A DNA stretch of 64,000 bases, taken from the IMG/VR virus record IMGVR_UViG_3300012078_000004, positions 1,788-65,787 of that record. The stretch is one strand, 5' to 3'. The stretch comes from a virus. Position numbers and translations under genes: made by a program. The notes under the pieces are model-generated. The model ran no database searches. It saw nothing but the letters and a program-made list of their open reading frames with translations, and was not told the origin of the DNA. Of the stretch, positions 45,601-57,155 are shown piece after piece (position 1 is the first letter of the stretch; the number at the start of each line of letters is the position of its first letter).

Positions 45601-46656
45601 CACATCGATCCCCACTTTGATACCCGTGTTCCCTTTACCTTGGCTCGCGGCTTCAATATCGTTATCGAGAGCACACCAAACCTCAACACCCGGATATACG
45701 GCGTCCAGCTGCTCAACAACTTTGATGACGTTGTTTGCTGAAACAGCAACGATCACCGCATCAAATCGCTTCTTTGCAGCCATATAGACAGAGGCACCCG
45801 TTGCGAACCCCTCAACAACGCATACGCGGCGTGCTCCACGTAATTTGCCAATGATGTGGCAGCTGCCAGCAAAGTCCCCGGCATCAATCGCGCGCGTCTG
45901 GAATTTCCCACCATCAGGGTAAATACGTTGCCAGCCCACGATGCGGCCATCGTGCATGCCGTCGATACGAGACAAGGGGATTGCCATGCATTCACGATTG
46001 ATTAAATTTTGACCGCTGCGACCACGGTCCCACATAGTAACCCGACGAACGTTGCACAGAGAGAAAATCGACGAAATCCCCTTTTGCACTGCATAGGGCG
46101 CGGAACCATCTTCGATGGGAGAAGACGAGAACGCAGCCATGAATTCCAGATATTCCTGCAGATCTGCTGCACGGCGTTGGTTGTTCATGAGGTCTGCAAT
46201 TCGCGCGTGTTCTTCGCGCTCTAGGCGTTTTTTCTCTGCCCGCTCTTTGCGTTCAATCTCCGCTTGGGATACTGGGACCGTGGTCCCAGTGCTTGACTCC
46301 ATGAACCGGCGGAACTCAGCCCAAAGGAACTGAATGCCTGACCAAACACCAGCATCAGCACCCTTCGAGACAAAGTTCACGAATGGGTATTTGATGCCGT
46401 CTGTTGTGGCTTCTTGTCGGGAGTAGATCTCAACTTTGCCGCGCAGCTTCTGATTGGTAACAGCGGGTGCATGACGGGTGTATTTTGTGAATTTTTCAGA
46501 GGTGCCACGTGATGTGGTTAGCTGGATTTCTGGAGCACATTCGTTCCAGTCGATGCCAGCTGCGCCGGCGATTGAAGCCAGTTCGGAATGGGCTGCGTCA
46601 AGCAGCTCGAACGGGTCAGAATTAAATTTTTGTTGATAGAAATCCGTTATTTTCAT
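42670..46656 (-). CDS. repA: RepA (mirror copy)
   Basis: Mirror of 32933-36919. Confidence 0.92.
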   Translation of the reverse strand: MKITDFYQQKFNSDPFELLDAAHSELASIAGAAGIDWNECAPEIQLTTSRGTSEKFTKYTRHAPAVTNQKLRGKVEIYSRQEATTDGIKYPFVNFVSKGADAGVWSGIQFLWAEFRRFMESSTGTTVPVSQAEIERKERAEKKRLEREEHARIADLMNNQRRAADLQEYLEFMAAFSSSPIEDGSAPYAVQKGISSIFSLCNVRRVTMWDRGRSGQNLINRECMAIPLSRIDGMHDGRIVGWQRIYPDGGKFQTRAIDAGDFAGSCHIIGKLRGARRVCVVEGFATGASVYMAAKKRFDAVIVAVSANNVIKVVEQLDAVYPGVEVWCALDNDIEAASQGKGNTGIKVGIDVMKRFPNVRCTRPLFSDGQLTPAGKIPNDFNDLVAISGITEANRQLFSNDNRVKLSAHPFEAELLALSVAPTGKQHRRTFSRQLIACIDAGMLLCPAKMSPKELIAVISSQLKSCGADDAFRNTVISRVKRRFEQKCQKAQSFRSFSDRITNAALRPDHITYKRFNTPQITPEVLAYIKSLHGPVIVRAGMGSGKSKHLLRPLMHSSDRGVSVAHRVSLIGGLWDMMTRDDNGQRLKTDILHYQDPGATDMAPHANKVAICINSTVKGCWRPLMTKHDFFGLDEATQGLRATLSGKAMAHPVDVFNRLIESIAMTDDHALLVDADASDILVDLCELALAKREQMGLSTWTQVHVVELPVDVTYEKEGARAARRVLYTDTNRIMVEVLKAVEAGEKFLLATDSTNFAEQLLLQLRDRWPEKKWLYVSQDTKPDQEVIEFTDSPNTRAPLYDGLIYSPAISSGVSIETRHFTRHFGSFCGQVVPSDAIQMLRRDRTATEFMVGLGQIPGRREESAESIKRGFLQALLDTADINEEFTDAIFDGDRLSLGLADTTYVKLKFKIAGMEAQARNDFANNFICILFADGYDVQHLSENEALSDAGKTLRKDAKARVWDMTVLRHIEAETPTEEEREELMSKRSLSETEQAQLARWDIENELRLPVNEQSLAFLMDRGKKKLTLAELMTMDEMAAARIDREEQAIVFTYQFKRGHKTEFVTITALNRETADAQFARMQPGVTGYSVQTRPVVEVTQRTFAALHRKAARSYFTTCGIDPDTGTGEATPDGMQAAMEQLMNADRKDEFNNVLRFGGYISKNGKPKRPETVFKQICEAFGYSTAKRRQNRAQGLKYVWSINPESWSFIHDILARRAEASLSFCAHKLDVPAAAADDLTCGSDIDVRSQVGSLDMAAATAFEPIEEALSGMPIPAAWVRAALTLAELKDLAMLPVRLIKATISGLYMSDNMDQLTAGQYVELKRLQAV

Positions 46657-46910
46657 TTTTTCCGCCAAAAAATCACGCTGCACAGTTGCGCAGGATTAGC
46701 GGAAGCGGCTACAATCAACTCACATTGCAGGAGAGTTGGTTTTTTGTAGACACCTCCGATACGAAGCCCCGGTCGCCACAACCGGGGCTTTTTATTTGTC
46801 AAAAATTCGAGTTGCTCAAATATTGACCTAGCCAAGCCGCCGCAAATCGGTTATTACGCCACATAATAACCTTGATCTGTTGACTTGACAAACTTGTCTC
46901 TAAATCAGTT

Positions 46911-47558
46911 TCATTTCACCTTAATCGCTGTAGATTTAGCCACTAAAACCACAGGGTGCATCAAAATAATTTCGTCAAGATCCCTAATCACCCGCTGAGA
47001 TCGGTCATCTGGGGAGTCTAGGAAAACCTTGTTATCACGCTGACTCGCGAGAACTTTTACTACAGAACCATTATCTGATTTTGTGACGACGACAACATCT
47101 TCGCCAGTGACTGGATCTAAATCGGGATCTGCAATGACTACCTCACCTTCATAATAGCGAGATAGAGATTGATCGCCAGAGACCTTCAAACCGTACAGGC
47201 GATGGCTTTTTACAGGAACGTTCACGTACTCAAGGATCGTTGAACCGCGCCCACTACTTTCCAACCACGCCATGTCAGGGCCAGAAAGGGTTGTTCCTAT
47301 AACAGGGATACCCATCGAGCTGCCATCGCCTACGCCAGTCAGCACCCACTCGACAGAACGATCAAGTTCTCTTGCCAGTTTGAACGCCAGATCCAAAGCC
47401 GGCATTGCATCATTGTTCTCTAAATGAGACAGGCCAGCGTAGGAAATCCCTACGCGCTCCGCAACGGCTCGCACAGAGAATCTCTTTTTATCGAGGGCCT
47501 TTAGCTCCTCGCGGCGTTCTTTCAGCCAGTCACCACGTTTTTTCATAGATGAAATCAT
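46911..47558 (-). CDS. cB: CB repressor (mirror copy)
   Basis: Mirror of 32031-32678. Confidence 0.87.
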   Translation of the reverse strand: MISSMKKRGDWLKERREELKALDKKRFSVRAVAERVGISYAGLSHLENNDAMPALDLAFKLARELDRSVEWVLTGVGDGSSMGIPVIGTTLSGPDMAWLESSGRGSTILEYVNVPVKSHRLYGLKVSGDQSLSRYYEGEVVIADPDLDPVTGEDVVVVTKSDNGSVVKVLASQRDNKVFLDSPDDRSQRVIRDLDEIILMHPVVLVAKSTAIKVK

Positions 47559-47662
47559 AAACCAATTTTGTACAGCCAGCTATACAGCCGAGGCATTGAA
47601 AACAGATCACAAAAATGATCTGTTTACTGGACATTTTTGTTCAGGATGCATAACATCAAAGG

Positions 47663-47866
47663 ATGAAAACGACGGATGTTATTGCCTATATGGGTGGCAT
47701 GAGAAAGCTCTGTGCTTTCTTGGATTGTCATCGCTCCTCCATCTACCAATGGGGGCCGGAAGTGCCTGAGCATCGGCAATACGAACTGGAAGTAAAGACG
47801 CGTGGAAAACTCAAATCGGATTACACGCTGCAACGGCAGAATGCCAAACGGAGGAATCATGGGTAA
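47663..47866 (+). CDS. cro: Cro (mirror copy)
   Basis: Mirror of 31723-31926. Confidence 0.87.
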   Translation: MKTTDVIAYMGGMRKLCAFLDCHRSSIYQWGPEVPEHRQYELEVKTRGKLKSDYTLQRQNAKRRNHG

Positions 47867-48474
47867 ATGTCCGGCGCGCGACACTATGTCGTCAGTCGTC
47901 ATTGAAGCCACAGAGCAGATGTTGTCGCGCACCGGCGAAAGCTGCGCTCACTTTGCTACAACGCGCCTGATTCCTGCCCTGGAAATTCAGGGGCTGATCA
48001 ACACAGGCACCGAGGGTGTGACCGCTGAGTCATACACGCGGTGGCGTAATCGCAGCATTAAACAGACTGAGCGCGTGATGTGTGGCGACGTTCGTATGCC
48101 GGCAGATTGGTTGATCACGTGGGCAGCAGCGCTTCCTGAGCCTTTCCGCAGCGAATGCCGAATCAAGATGGCTGCTCTGCAGGGGTTAGTGTTTATCCAA
48201 GTGCCGCGCTACACGCGCCGATCTGCCAGCTCGGTAGATGCTGAGCTGGACGCTATCACGATGAAGTTCGGCGACATGTTGGCACATGCTGAGCCTGCTC
48301 ATGACGGCGTGTATGACAACAACGACTGCAGAACAGCAGTACAGGCGTTGCAGAACCGTCTTTTCGAGCTTGCGGCGTTGGTTAAGCGTGAGATTAACAA
48401 CATCGAAGCTGCTACGGGGATCGCTCCAGAAGCGCTGATGCTGGGTCGCAACAGCCCGCTGTTGGAGGTCTCTG

Positions 48475-49161
48475 ATGCTGCAGTTTGAGTACGTCAGAAC
48501 GAGCTTAACCAGCGCTCTGCTCTGCGTAAATTCATCGCGTGACAAGAAACGCGATGAATCACGTGTGTTTGCTGACAAAACGAACCAGAGCTTTCTGGCG
48601 AGACCAATGCGCGAGATAGAGCTGGATGACCGAACCATTCGAGTCGAGGCGACCCCAGTGCATTGCAGCGAAACCCGCCCGTACAAAGGCGGGAAGCTGC
48701 TGATCAGCCCGGAGGTTTATCGGTTGGCGAGCTGGCGTCGTGTCGTTTCCCTACTCCCCCCAGCTTATGAGTCGTGGGTTCGCTACTGCTATGGCGATGC
48801 CACGGCGTTCGAGCACCAAGTGATGCTATGCCATCACGTCTGGTCAGCATTTCTTGTTTACCAGCGTGAGATCGGAGCGCCTCGCATGAGCAAGAAAACC
48901 AAAGAGGTGATCCAGCGCTTCGTTTGGCTGGCCGTGCAGGAGAGCAAGGGGGCAGTTAATCGCGGTGTTTTCTCATATGAGTCCTCAGATCTTGCAAAGC
49001 TGGCCGGCGAAGCGCTGAACAACTGGATTCAGAACTATCAACCTCGTTGGACGGCGCTACTGCAGATCGTGGCCACGTTAGATCGGGAGGCATTAATCCA
49101 TGCCGAACAAAAGCACCGGGACGAACGCCGTCTTCGCAGACGTTCCGCAGTGCCTATGTGA
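48475..49161 (+). CDS. Q: Antiterminator Q (mirror copy)
   Basis: Mirror of 30428-31114. Confidence 0.75.
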   Translation: MLQFEYVRTSLTSALLCVNSSRDKKRDESRVFADKTNQSFLARPMREIELDDRTIRVEATPVHCSETRPYKGGKLLISPEVYRLASWRRVVSLLPPAYESWVRYCYGDATAFEHQVMLCHHVWSAFLVYQREIGAPRMSKKTKEVIQRFVWLAVQESKGAVNRGVFSYESSDLAKLAGEALNNWIQNYQPRWTALLQIVATLDREALIHAEQKHRDERRLRRRSAVPM

Positions 49162-49680
49162 ACAGGTGATGGGTCGCCGGGCTGACAAGCCCCGCCTGTT
49201 GTTCTCATCCGCACGTAATGAATTCTTGATGCATTGCCCGACATGTGGGTTCCGAACATACCCCGATGGGAACAAGCAAAGCGTTATCGCTGAGTGGTAC
49301 GGATGTAACCGCAAAGGCGACCAACACATCGAATCGCTCTGGATCGAGCGCTATGAGCGACAACAACAGGATGCGACCGCCGCGCGGCGATCTGACTCCT
49401 GCAAATCTGGGACCGCGGTCCCACTGTAAATGGAGAGTCACATGAGTTTTTCACTCAATGAGCCGATGGTGATCGGCGGGCGTCACTACGTGGACACCAG
49501 CATAGATTTTGGCCCTACATACCTGCACCAATTGCGCGGCGGGTTCGGCCCAAAGCCAGCTAAGGCGGTTGTTCAGTGCACGCGAGTAGTTGCTGGGAAG
49601 CCACCTAAAACGCGGTTCGAACGCGAGATGGATCGTGCGAGAAAGTCAGTCAATAACAGTCGTAAGCGTGGGGTGAAGTC

Positions 49681-50634
49681 ATGAAGATGTTCCGCACGCT
49701 GTTCCCCTACAACTGTGACACGCCGATTCCTGCGAACATCACTGAGCTGGTAGAGGCAAAGGGCTTTGATGGATTGACGGGTTCCGCCAGTGCCGGCGGC
49801 GGCTTTGCTCGTATCGTTGATGATGTTCGGGTTGTGTCCTCTGATGGGCGCACGTTGTTCAAATATCTGGAGAGTTCGCGCACCGCGAACCCAGTAGCAG
49901 TGAAGCAGCTTGCCCAGGAGCGAATTGAAGCGGCGATCGATGCTGGTCGAGACGTCACTGAACAACTGCAGTATGAGTTCGAAGAGCAGGCACGAAATGA
50001 AGTGATCCGCTATGCCCCTATCAAACAATGGGCTGCGTTCATTCTGGTTTGCCCGGCAGAGAAGCTGATTTTGGTTTCTGGCAGCAACGCTAAAAAGTGC
50101 GAGTCTGCGCTGTCGTATTTGCGTCACATTTTGGGCGGATTAGCGTCGGTGCCGTGGGGATTCTGTGGCCTTGAGTCACGTGCATTGACGGATTACCTCA
50201 CCCGAGGGGCCGACAAGAGCATGTATAAGCTGCCTGATGACCTGACTATTTCGCCATTCGGTAGAACGGTAGCAACAGGCTCTGATACTTCGTTAAAAGT
50301 CACGTTGGACGGCGTTCGCAATGATAGCCCGGAAGCCCGTTCGGTACTGGAAACCATGACGATTCGCACGGCTGAAATGGCGCTGGTAAATCGCCCATCC
50401 AATGGCCAGATCGAGAACGTGGCCGATTTTGCCCTCCACCTCCCTGAGTCTGGGAACCCGCACCTGAAGCGCTTCGATTATGACAATGACGATCCTGCAA
50501 ATGACGACGTCGAGGATGGCCAGCATCGCTATGCCGTAGAGATGCTGCTGGTTGCAGCGACAGCCCCGCGCATTTTGCAGAGCCTCGCAGCGTTCTTTGG
50601 CGTTTCCAACGACAGCGATGACGAGCAGGAATAG
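49681..50634 (+). CDS. rdgC: RdgC-like (mirror copy)
   Basis: Mirror of 28955-29908. Confidence 0.65.
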   Translation: MKMFRTLFPYNCDTPIPANITELVEAKGFDGLTGSASAGGGFARIVDDVRVVSSDGRTLFKYLESSRTANPVAVKQLAQERIEAAIDAGRDVTEQLQYEFEEQARNEVIRYAPIKQWAAFILVCPAEKLILVSGSNAKKCESALSYLRHILGGLASVPWGFCGLESRALTDYLTRGADKSMYKLPDDLTISPFGRTVATGSDTSLKVTLDGVRNDSPEARSVLETMTIRTAEMALVNRPSNGQIENVADFALHLPESGNPHLKRFDYDNDDPANDDVEDGQHRYAVEMLLVAATAPRILQSLAAFFGVSNDSDDEQE

Positions 50635-50838
50635 TAATGGCGCTCGGGTGGTTTCAGCAGGGACCTATGAGCGCTGATGAAGCGGAGAGACTGGCGGATC
50701 GATACCGAGCCGCTGGTCGGCAAGTCAGCGTTATTCAGTGGTTCAACATCGGTGAGCGCATGGTCAATGTGCGGCTCCCAGAAATGAAGAAAAAACCGCG
50801 CCCATCGCGGACTTATCAACAGAAATTGTGGAAATAAA

Positions 50839-51447
50839 ATGGCGAAAATGACTCATCTCATGGTTGACCTTGAGGCCATGGGGACGAACCCAAACGCTCC
50901 GATCGTTGCCATCGGCGCGGTATTTTTTGACCCTATGACCGGTGGGCTTGGCCCTGATTTTTATCGTGCTGTGACTCTTAAATCTGAACTTCAGATGGGG
51001 GCAGTGCCTGACGCGGACACAATCGAATGGTGGCTGAAGCAGAGTGATGCCGCGCGCGGAGCGATCACCTGTGGCGAACGGCTGCATATTGTCGACGCCC
51101 TTTCCCAGCTAACCGAATTTGTCACTGGTTACAGCACAGTCGCGGGGTTAGGTCGGCTGCAGGTATGGGGCAATGGTGCGTCGTTTGACCAAGTTATCTT
51201 GCGATCAGCATATGCCCGCTGCAACTTCCCTGAGTTCTGGAAATTCTGGAATGATCAAGATGTTCGCACAGTAGTGGCCCTGGGCCGCGCCATCGGCTTT
51301 GACCCTAAGCGAGATCACCCCTTCACCGGTGAGCGCCATCATGCGCTGGCAGACGCCATTCACCAAGCTGAATATGTTTCTGCGATCTGGCAGCGTTTGC
51401 TGGCTCCTCATCACACTCTTACCGGCAAGCTGCGGGAGGGGGAATAA
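50839..51447 (+). CDS. DEDDh exonuclease (mirror copy)
   Basis: Mirror of 28142-28750. Confidence 0.85.
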   Translation: MAKMTHLMVDLEAMGTNPNAPIVAIGAVFFDPMTGGLGPDFYRAVTLKSELQMGAVPDADTIEWWLKQSDAARGAITCGERLHIVDALSQLTEFVTGYSTVAGLGRLQVWGNGASFDQVILRSAYARCNFPEFWKFWNDQDVRTVVALGRAIGFDPKRDHPFTGERHHALADAIHQAEYVSAIWQRLLAPHHTLTGKLREGE

Positions 51448-52833
51448 CATGTCAGATAATGCCAAGCACTATAACTATTTCAAAGTAGAAGGGACATCCG
51501 TCAAGGTCCTGATTGATAGCTTTTGCACCATCGACTCCAAGCGCAAGGCTATCATCGGCTCGCTGCAGGATGAGTTCGGGGCGGTAGCGCACTCACTTTC
51601 ATCCGGGTTCGGTGACAAAGGGACCCGAGTCCGCTCCCTAGCATGGCCGGCCGATCACGAATTCCCGTGCCAGATCACCATCAAGCATCGCGACTATTTC
51701 GAAGGTAATCCCGTTTTCTTCGCTCGCGGAAAGGGTAACACCAAGGATGGTCGGGCGTTCAACAAGCTTCTGGATGCGGCAATAGCCAAGGCGAACAGCG
51801 AGTTGGCAGATTTACCGCCGTGGCAAAAATTCATCATTGACCATTACGGAATAATGCGGACCGGCTTCGGCCGTGGAACGGCCAGAGGCATTCCCCTGCT
51901 GAGCACCTACGGCGGCCGCTGCCCGGGGCGAGATGACTGCCTGCTGTTCGCCATCCCAAACACCAAAGACCGTGAAGGTGAAGCGAAGCACGGCGACGTA
52001 ACCATCCCCGCCGAATTCCAGAGGCTGACCTATGGCCAGTTCTACGACCTCGCCTATACGGATCGGGAGGCTAAATGAAAGAGCGCCCAGTGATGCCAGC
52101 AAATGAACTGAAGCTTCAGAGCGGTAGAACCTATCGCGGAAAGCGCCCTCGCAACGCGATGGGTTTGGTTAACGACAGAACGATCCTGCATGTCGGCGCT
52201 ACCACAGTGCAATACGACAGCCCATCAGTTTCGTTCGGCCGGCATTACCCGTCAGTAAGTCGAGATAAGTTTCTCTCATGGGCAGATCGTGATGTCACTG
52301 ATGAGCTGCCGAAAGGTGAATTTGCAGCATGGCCAATCAGCAGGGCTGGGGAGTCGAAGAATGGATAAGCAAGAAGAATTAAAGGTAATCGCTGAATGGT
52401 TTGTTTCCCGCGATACCGGGATCAGCTCTGAAACAATGGCGGCTATTCATCTTGGCGCGGAAAAAGGCCGCTTTAACCCACCGTTAGATCCCAGCGACTT
52501 CGGGCGATGCTATCGCCTACTGGAGAAAGCTCCATCTATCCGTGCGTCGTTTTCTCGTATTGGCCAGCTTTGCCCTGCATTCAAGCCGTTACTCGATAAC
52601 TGGGATGAGCTATGTGCTCTGTTTTGTTTGGAGTCCAGCACAGGTCGGGCTCCAAAGCTATATCGACGTATGCAGGATTTACTGGAGGAAAGTCGTGGAT
52701 AACAAGCAGATAGAATGTGAAAGCTGCGGGTTTGAAACCCCAGAACATAAGGAGAAATGCCCACATTGCGGAGCGGAAAAATGCAGTTGCTGCGACATGG
52801 GCGACGATTGCGCTTGTATTAATTGCGAGGGTG

Positions 52834-53421
52834 ATGACTGTGAATAAGCTGAGCGAACTGAAAGCGGCCGCAATGGCCGCTACTCCGGGGCCGTGGATTT
52901 TAGACGATGACTCATGGAGTGAAGGCGACAACGCCAACGTTTCTACAGAAGAGCGATACGACGGCCGTATTGTCAGTATCGCCCAAATAGAGGGTGGTGG
53001 TTCAGAATCTGGCTTTGACGAGCCATTCAGCTCCGAGCAGCAGGCAAACGCGCGGTACATCACTGCCGCCAACCCTGCTGTCGTTCTCGAACTGCTTGCT
53101 GAACGTGATGCTGACAAAAAGCGCATCGCCGAGCTGGAAGCCATCGCCACCGATTACGCCGATAAATTCCAGAAAGCGCAGGATGCAGCCAAGCACCTGA
53201 TCATCATGAACGATAAGGACAAAAAACGCATTACCGAACTGGATAGAAGCGAGACGCAACTGATTGATGAACGTGATAGTGCCCACGCGGCTCTGGATGA
53301 CATGTACGAGGCCATAACAGGGAAGCGGCCTGAGTGGAGCAATTGGTTTGGATTCGCCGATGCGATAGAGGAAGTGGAGCTGATCGCCGCTGGCTTTACG
53401 AGTGAGGGGAATGGCCAGTGA
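52834..53421 (+). CDS. Ea22-like (mirror copy)
   Basis: Mirror of 26168-26755. Confidence 0.83.
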   Translation: MTVNKLSELKAAAMAATPGPWILDDDSWSEGDNANVSTEERYDGRIVSIAQIEGGGSESGFDEPFSSEQQANARYITAANPAVVLELLAERDADKKRIAELEAIATDYADKFQKAQDAAKHLIIMNDKDKKRITELDRSETQLIDERDSAHAALDDMYEAITGKRPEWSNWFGFADAIEEVELIAAGFTSEGNGQ

Positions 53422-53824
53422 AATTCAAACCGGGGAAGGTGTTTTACAGCTGCTGGCCGTACACCGATGACAATGGCCGAGTGGAAATCACTATCGACGA
53501 GTGGGAGGTACGCACCGTGCGCCGTAAGCGCAATAGTCAAACGCGCTACGGCGTGCCGAAGGCGTACCCAGACAAGAGCCTATACGTCAACGTGGCACAG
53601 CGTGGCACTTTGTTGACGCAGGATAAGAAAGGTGCGTGGCTGCCTAACATCCCGGCCTGTTGCCGTCGCCAGTTTTCAGTCGAACGTGGGTTGCCGAGCG
53701 ACCTGTTTACGACACCACTGCAAGCGCTGAAATTCGCGCTGACGGCAGCAGAGAGTGATGCTGAATCGCGCGCGGTCAAGTCCCGCATCACCAAGCTGAG
53801 AAACGCCAAGAAGAAGGAAAGTCC

Positions 53825-54187
53825 ATGAAAACGAGGGAGACAGATCTTACCCCATGCCCGTTTTGTTCTGGGCCACCAGTAACGTTTCTGCGTGAAGTAA
53901 TCAGTGGGACGCCGTTTGGTTTACCTGACGAACGGTTATCCGACGATGAAAGCGATGGCTTGTTCATCGGTGCGTATGTGTTCTGCCATGAGTGTGGCGC
54001 GCAAGGGGAAGAGGTTGAGAAAGTGGTGTATTCCGAAGCTGACGTTGGTGAGCTGATTGACGAAGCCAGAAATGCCTGGGTAAACAGGGACGCCCGCCAC
54101 CTTGACCTGTTCGAATCATCGAAATCAGCGAGCGAAGCTGACCATTTGGACAAATATTTCGCAACGGAGGAATCATGCAACCAGTAA
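53825..54187 (+). CDS. Lar-like (mirror copy)
   Basis: Mirror of 25402-25764. Confidence 0.75.
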   Translation: MKTRETDLTPCPFCSGPPVTFLREVISGTPFGLPDERLSDDESDGLFIGAYVFCHECGAQGEEVEKVVYSEADVGELIDEARNAWVNRDARHLDLFESSKSASEADHLDKYFATEESCNQ

Positions 54188-54410
54188 ACCACCAGCGCAC
54201 TAACCTGCTGGCCGTTCTGGCCAGAAAAAGCCAGAGCTGCACCGCCGCCGGCGGTGATGGGTTCGTTGTTGCGGATAGCTTGCGTTTTGATGTCGGCTTG
54301 AGCACGCAAGCCATCCGCCGCTACCTCGACGCGGCTGCGGCCAATGGCATGGTAGAACATCGCCAAGCAGCTGCTGGCCATCGCCATGCATACCGTCCAG
54401 TGGAGGGGCA

Positions 54411-55043
54411 ATGATTCTCGATCATCGCAGCTTAACGCCAGCTGAACTTCGCGACATTTGGCGGACCGATCCTCGAATTGCAGCGGGGCTGTTTTCCCTT
54501 CTTCGTCCCTGCTCAATTGACGGATGCGCGAGTGATGAGAATCACTTGCTGCCGGACTACTTCACGCGAGAGATGAACTGCCTGCAGCTGGACTGGAAAG
54601 CTGAAGCAGAGCGCCGAGGGGTAGAAAGCGCGCTGTATTTTAACCCGCCGTTCTCGAAGGAGGACTCGCGCGCGGCGGTCGCGCATAACGGCATGGATAA
54701 TTTCTTCAGGAAAGCCCACCGCGAGGCCGAGTCGGGTGTGTACTCGATGTGGTTGTTCCGCGCGCGCCCAGGGGAGCAGTGGTTCCCGTGGCGGTTGGCC
54801 AGCCGGATCTGGTTCATTGTCGGCAGGGTTTCGTTCGTCAATGCCGGTACCGGCGCGCTGGACGATGACCAGACGGAGAATCATGCCGTCGCTGAATTTA
54901 TCCCCGGCGAGCATCCGTTCATGGCTGCTGGCCTACCGTTGCCGCGTGATGAAATCTTATCGATTGGTGAGCGAGTTTTAACAGCAGAGAGCAGTAAATA
55001 TCCACTATTAACAATGAGATATGATCAACTTACGAGCGTTTAA
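54411..55043 (+). CDS. Phage Dam-type MTase (mirror copy)
   Basis: Mirror of 24546-25178. Confidence 0.85.
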   Translation: MILDHRSLTPAELRDIWRTDPRIAAGLFSLLRPCSIDGCASDENHLLPDYFTREMNCLQLDWKAEAERRGVESALYFNPPFSKEDSRAAVAHNGMDNFFRKAHREAESGVYSMWLFRARPGEQWFPWRLASRIWFIVGRVSFVNAGTGALDDDQTENHAVAEFIPGEHPFMAAGLPLPRDEILSIGERVLTAESSKYPLLTMRYDQLTSV

Positions 55044-55210
55044 ATTTAAATCGTAACAAATCGCTTGGATAAGTTAGCCCACTTAATTACACTGTATAAA
55101 AATACAGTATATAATAATCTTGTAAACTATTCTCATTTGATTTGTAACATCAGTTGATATTTTTTGTGAATACGCCGGGTCAGTAAAGCTCTAAAAAGTA
55201 AGGAGGTAAT

Positions 55211-55447
55211 GTGAAGCAACAATGTGAATCGGAGGCCATGGCTAGCAAATTGGCTCAACTGGATGCAATTCTGAGGACGGTAAAGCGGACGCTAGAAAGC
55301 AATGAAAGCAGCATTTTCTTGCAGGACACCATTCAACTGGTAGCGTCTGCCGGTGAAATCACTAGCGAGTGTCTACTGCTGCGTCAAAAAATGGACGTAC
55401 AAATATATCAAAAAAACAGCAAATATTTTCTACAGCACATGGCTTAA
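55211..55447 (+). CDS. LexA-boxed candidate antirepressor (mirror copy)
   Basis: Mirror of 24142-24378; SOS box at 55090-55109. Confidence 0.55.
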   Translation: MKQQCESEAMASKLAQLDAILRTVKRTLESNESSIFLQDTIQLVASAGEITSECLLLRQKMDVQIYQKNSKYFLQHMA

Positions 55448-55488
55448 AAATTAGGTGGGACCATGGTCCCACCCTTCTGCTCTGCATT

Positions 55489-55923
55489 TTAGCGTGCGTC
55501 ATGCATGACATTCAGATCGACGCGCCGTTGTAGCTGATGTAGTGCCAGCTCGACGGTCTCAACTTTTGACGAATGTTCCACATCCAGCAAACGATCGATC
55601 TGAGGCCCCTTCTGCCCCAGCTTGCGCGCCAACTCAGCCTTGCGCGTTCCCGTCTCGATCATCGCGTTATGCAATGCCGCTTTCATCGTAACAAGAACGG
55701 GCAGTGCAACAACGTGTTCCCCAGGCTGTTTTGGTGATGCCGCTGGCACAGGGCGGCGTTCTTCAATTTCGATTGATAGCGCGGTGACGATACCGTCAAC
55801 GGCCTCCATCAGTGCCTCATCAACCGAGTACCCTACCGAGTTCATTAATGGCAGGTCACGGCATGAGACGATATAAGCGCCTGTCGCGTCGTCGTGCTCT
55901 AATTTTACCGCATAGTTAAACAT
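55489..55923 (-). CDS. hicB: HicB (mirror copy)
   Basis: Mirror of 23666-24100. Confidence 0.9.
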   Translation of the reverse strand: MFNYAVKLEHDDATGAYIVSCRDLPLMNSVGYSVDEALMEAVDGIVTALSIEIEERRPVPAASPKQPGEHVVALPVLVTMKAALHNAMIETGTRKAELARKLGQKGPQIDRLLDVEHSSKVETVELALHQLQRRVDLNVMHDAR

Positions 55924-55995
55924 ATGAAATTCCTTGATAGTCGTTTTGGTACTTCGTCTTTGGCGGCGTGTAACCTCGTTTAAAAAGGCAGGGGC

Positions 55996-56178
55996 TTACA
56001 GCCCCAGATCCTTCATTATTTTCTTTCTTAACCCTTCCGGCATTTCTTTCGATCCGTGGTCTGGAAAAACTGACCTCTTCCCGTTTAATGCCACTTTCTG
56101 GTGGCTTCCGCCGCCGGGTGCTTTTGTAAATTCCGCACCCTGCTTAAGTAGCCACCGTCTGAACTCGCTGTACTTCAC
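55996..56178 (-). CDS. hicA: HicA (mirror copy)
   Basis: Mirror of 23411-23593. Confidence 0.9.
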   Translation of the reverse strand: MKYSEFRRWLLKQGAEFTKAPGGGSHQKVALNGKRSVFPDHGSKEMPEGLRKKIMKDLGL

Positions 56179-57155
56179 AGGGCCTCCTTAACCATCGAGT
56201 TAATGATAACAAATCAGATAAAAAACACAACACAAATGTTATTAAAAATAACTTAAAAGTTGCGATATAAAGCTAGCATTGGGCCGGCACCAGAGTTAAA
56301 GTTCTTGTCGTAGCGGGACGCCACCCGCATTTAACTTAATAAAAAGACAGGAGTTATTATGAACTACGCAGGTTTTGAAGAGGTCAGGAAGGACGTAGCT
56401 GAGTTTTCAAACGAGATGTGTGAAATGCACCTCAAATTGCGCGCCCTGAGCCAAAAATATCACTGGAACAGCGAACAACTGGTCGAGCGGTTGGCAGGGC
56501 AAATATTGAGCGACGTGCAAGAGCAGTTTGCCAAGTTATATTCCAGAATCAACGAATTAGACCATACTTTCAAAGATTGATTATAAGCCGCCTACGGGCG
56601 GCTATTTTGACAGCGGGACGCCACCCGCGAAACAGCAGGAGTTGCAATGAATTTTAAACAGCTAAGCGCCGGTATGACCGAACAGGCACTCTGTATTTTG
56701 ATGGCTATAGCCCCGTCTGCCGATGGGGAGAAGGTTGTCGATATTGCTGACAGTCTGGGAATGGGAGATCCAGAGGTTGAGTTTATTCTGCAGCAGTTTG
56801 TCGAGTTCAATATAGCAACGAAGAATGGCTGGGGCCGCTATGCACTGACACCTGAATATAGGGCCTATAAACGGGGGACGAATTTAGGGCTGCAGATGGA
56901 TTGGGACCATGGTCCCAATTTAACGCTTGATAAAAAATGAATAAAAAGGTACTGTTTCATTAAGTTGGCAATTTTGTAAGCCGACATATCGCAACCGCCC
57001 ACAAGGCGGTTTTTTTGTGCCTGTAGAATGGGCGCTGCGGCCACGGTTGGACGTGGCCACAGCATTCGACCCATGCCGCTAAACATGGCGAACCGAGGCC
57101 CATTGCTGATTGCGCAACAGCGGTGGAAGCCTACCAAAATACGGCTCGAAACACC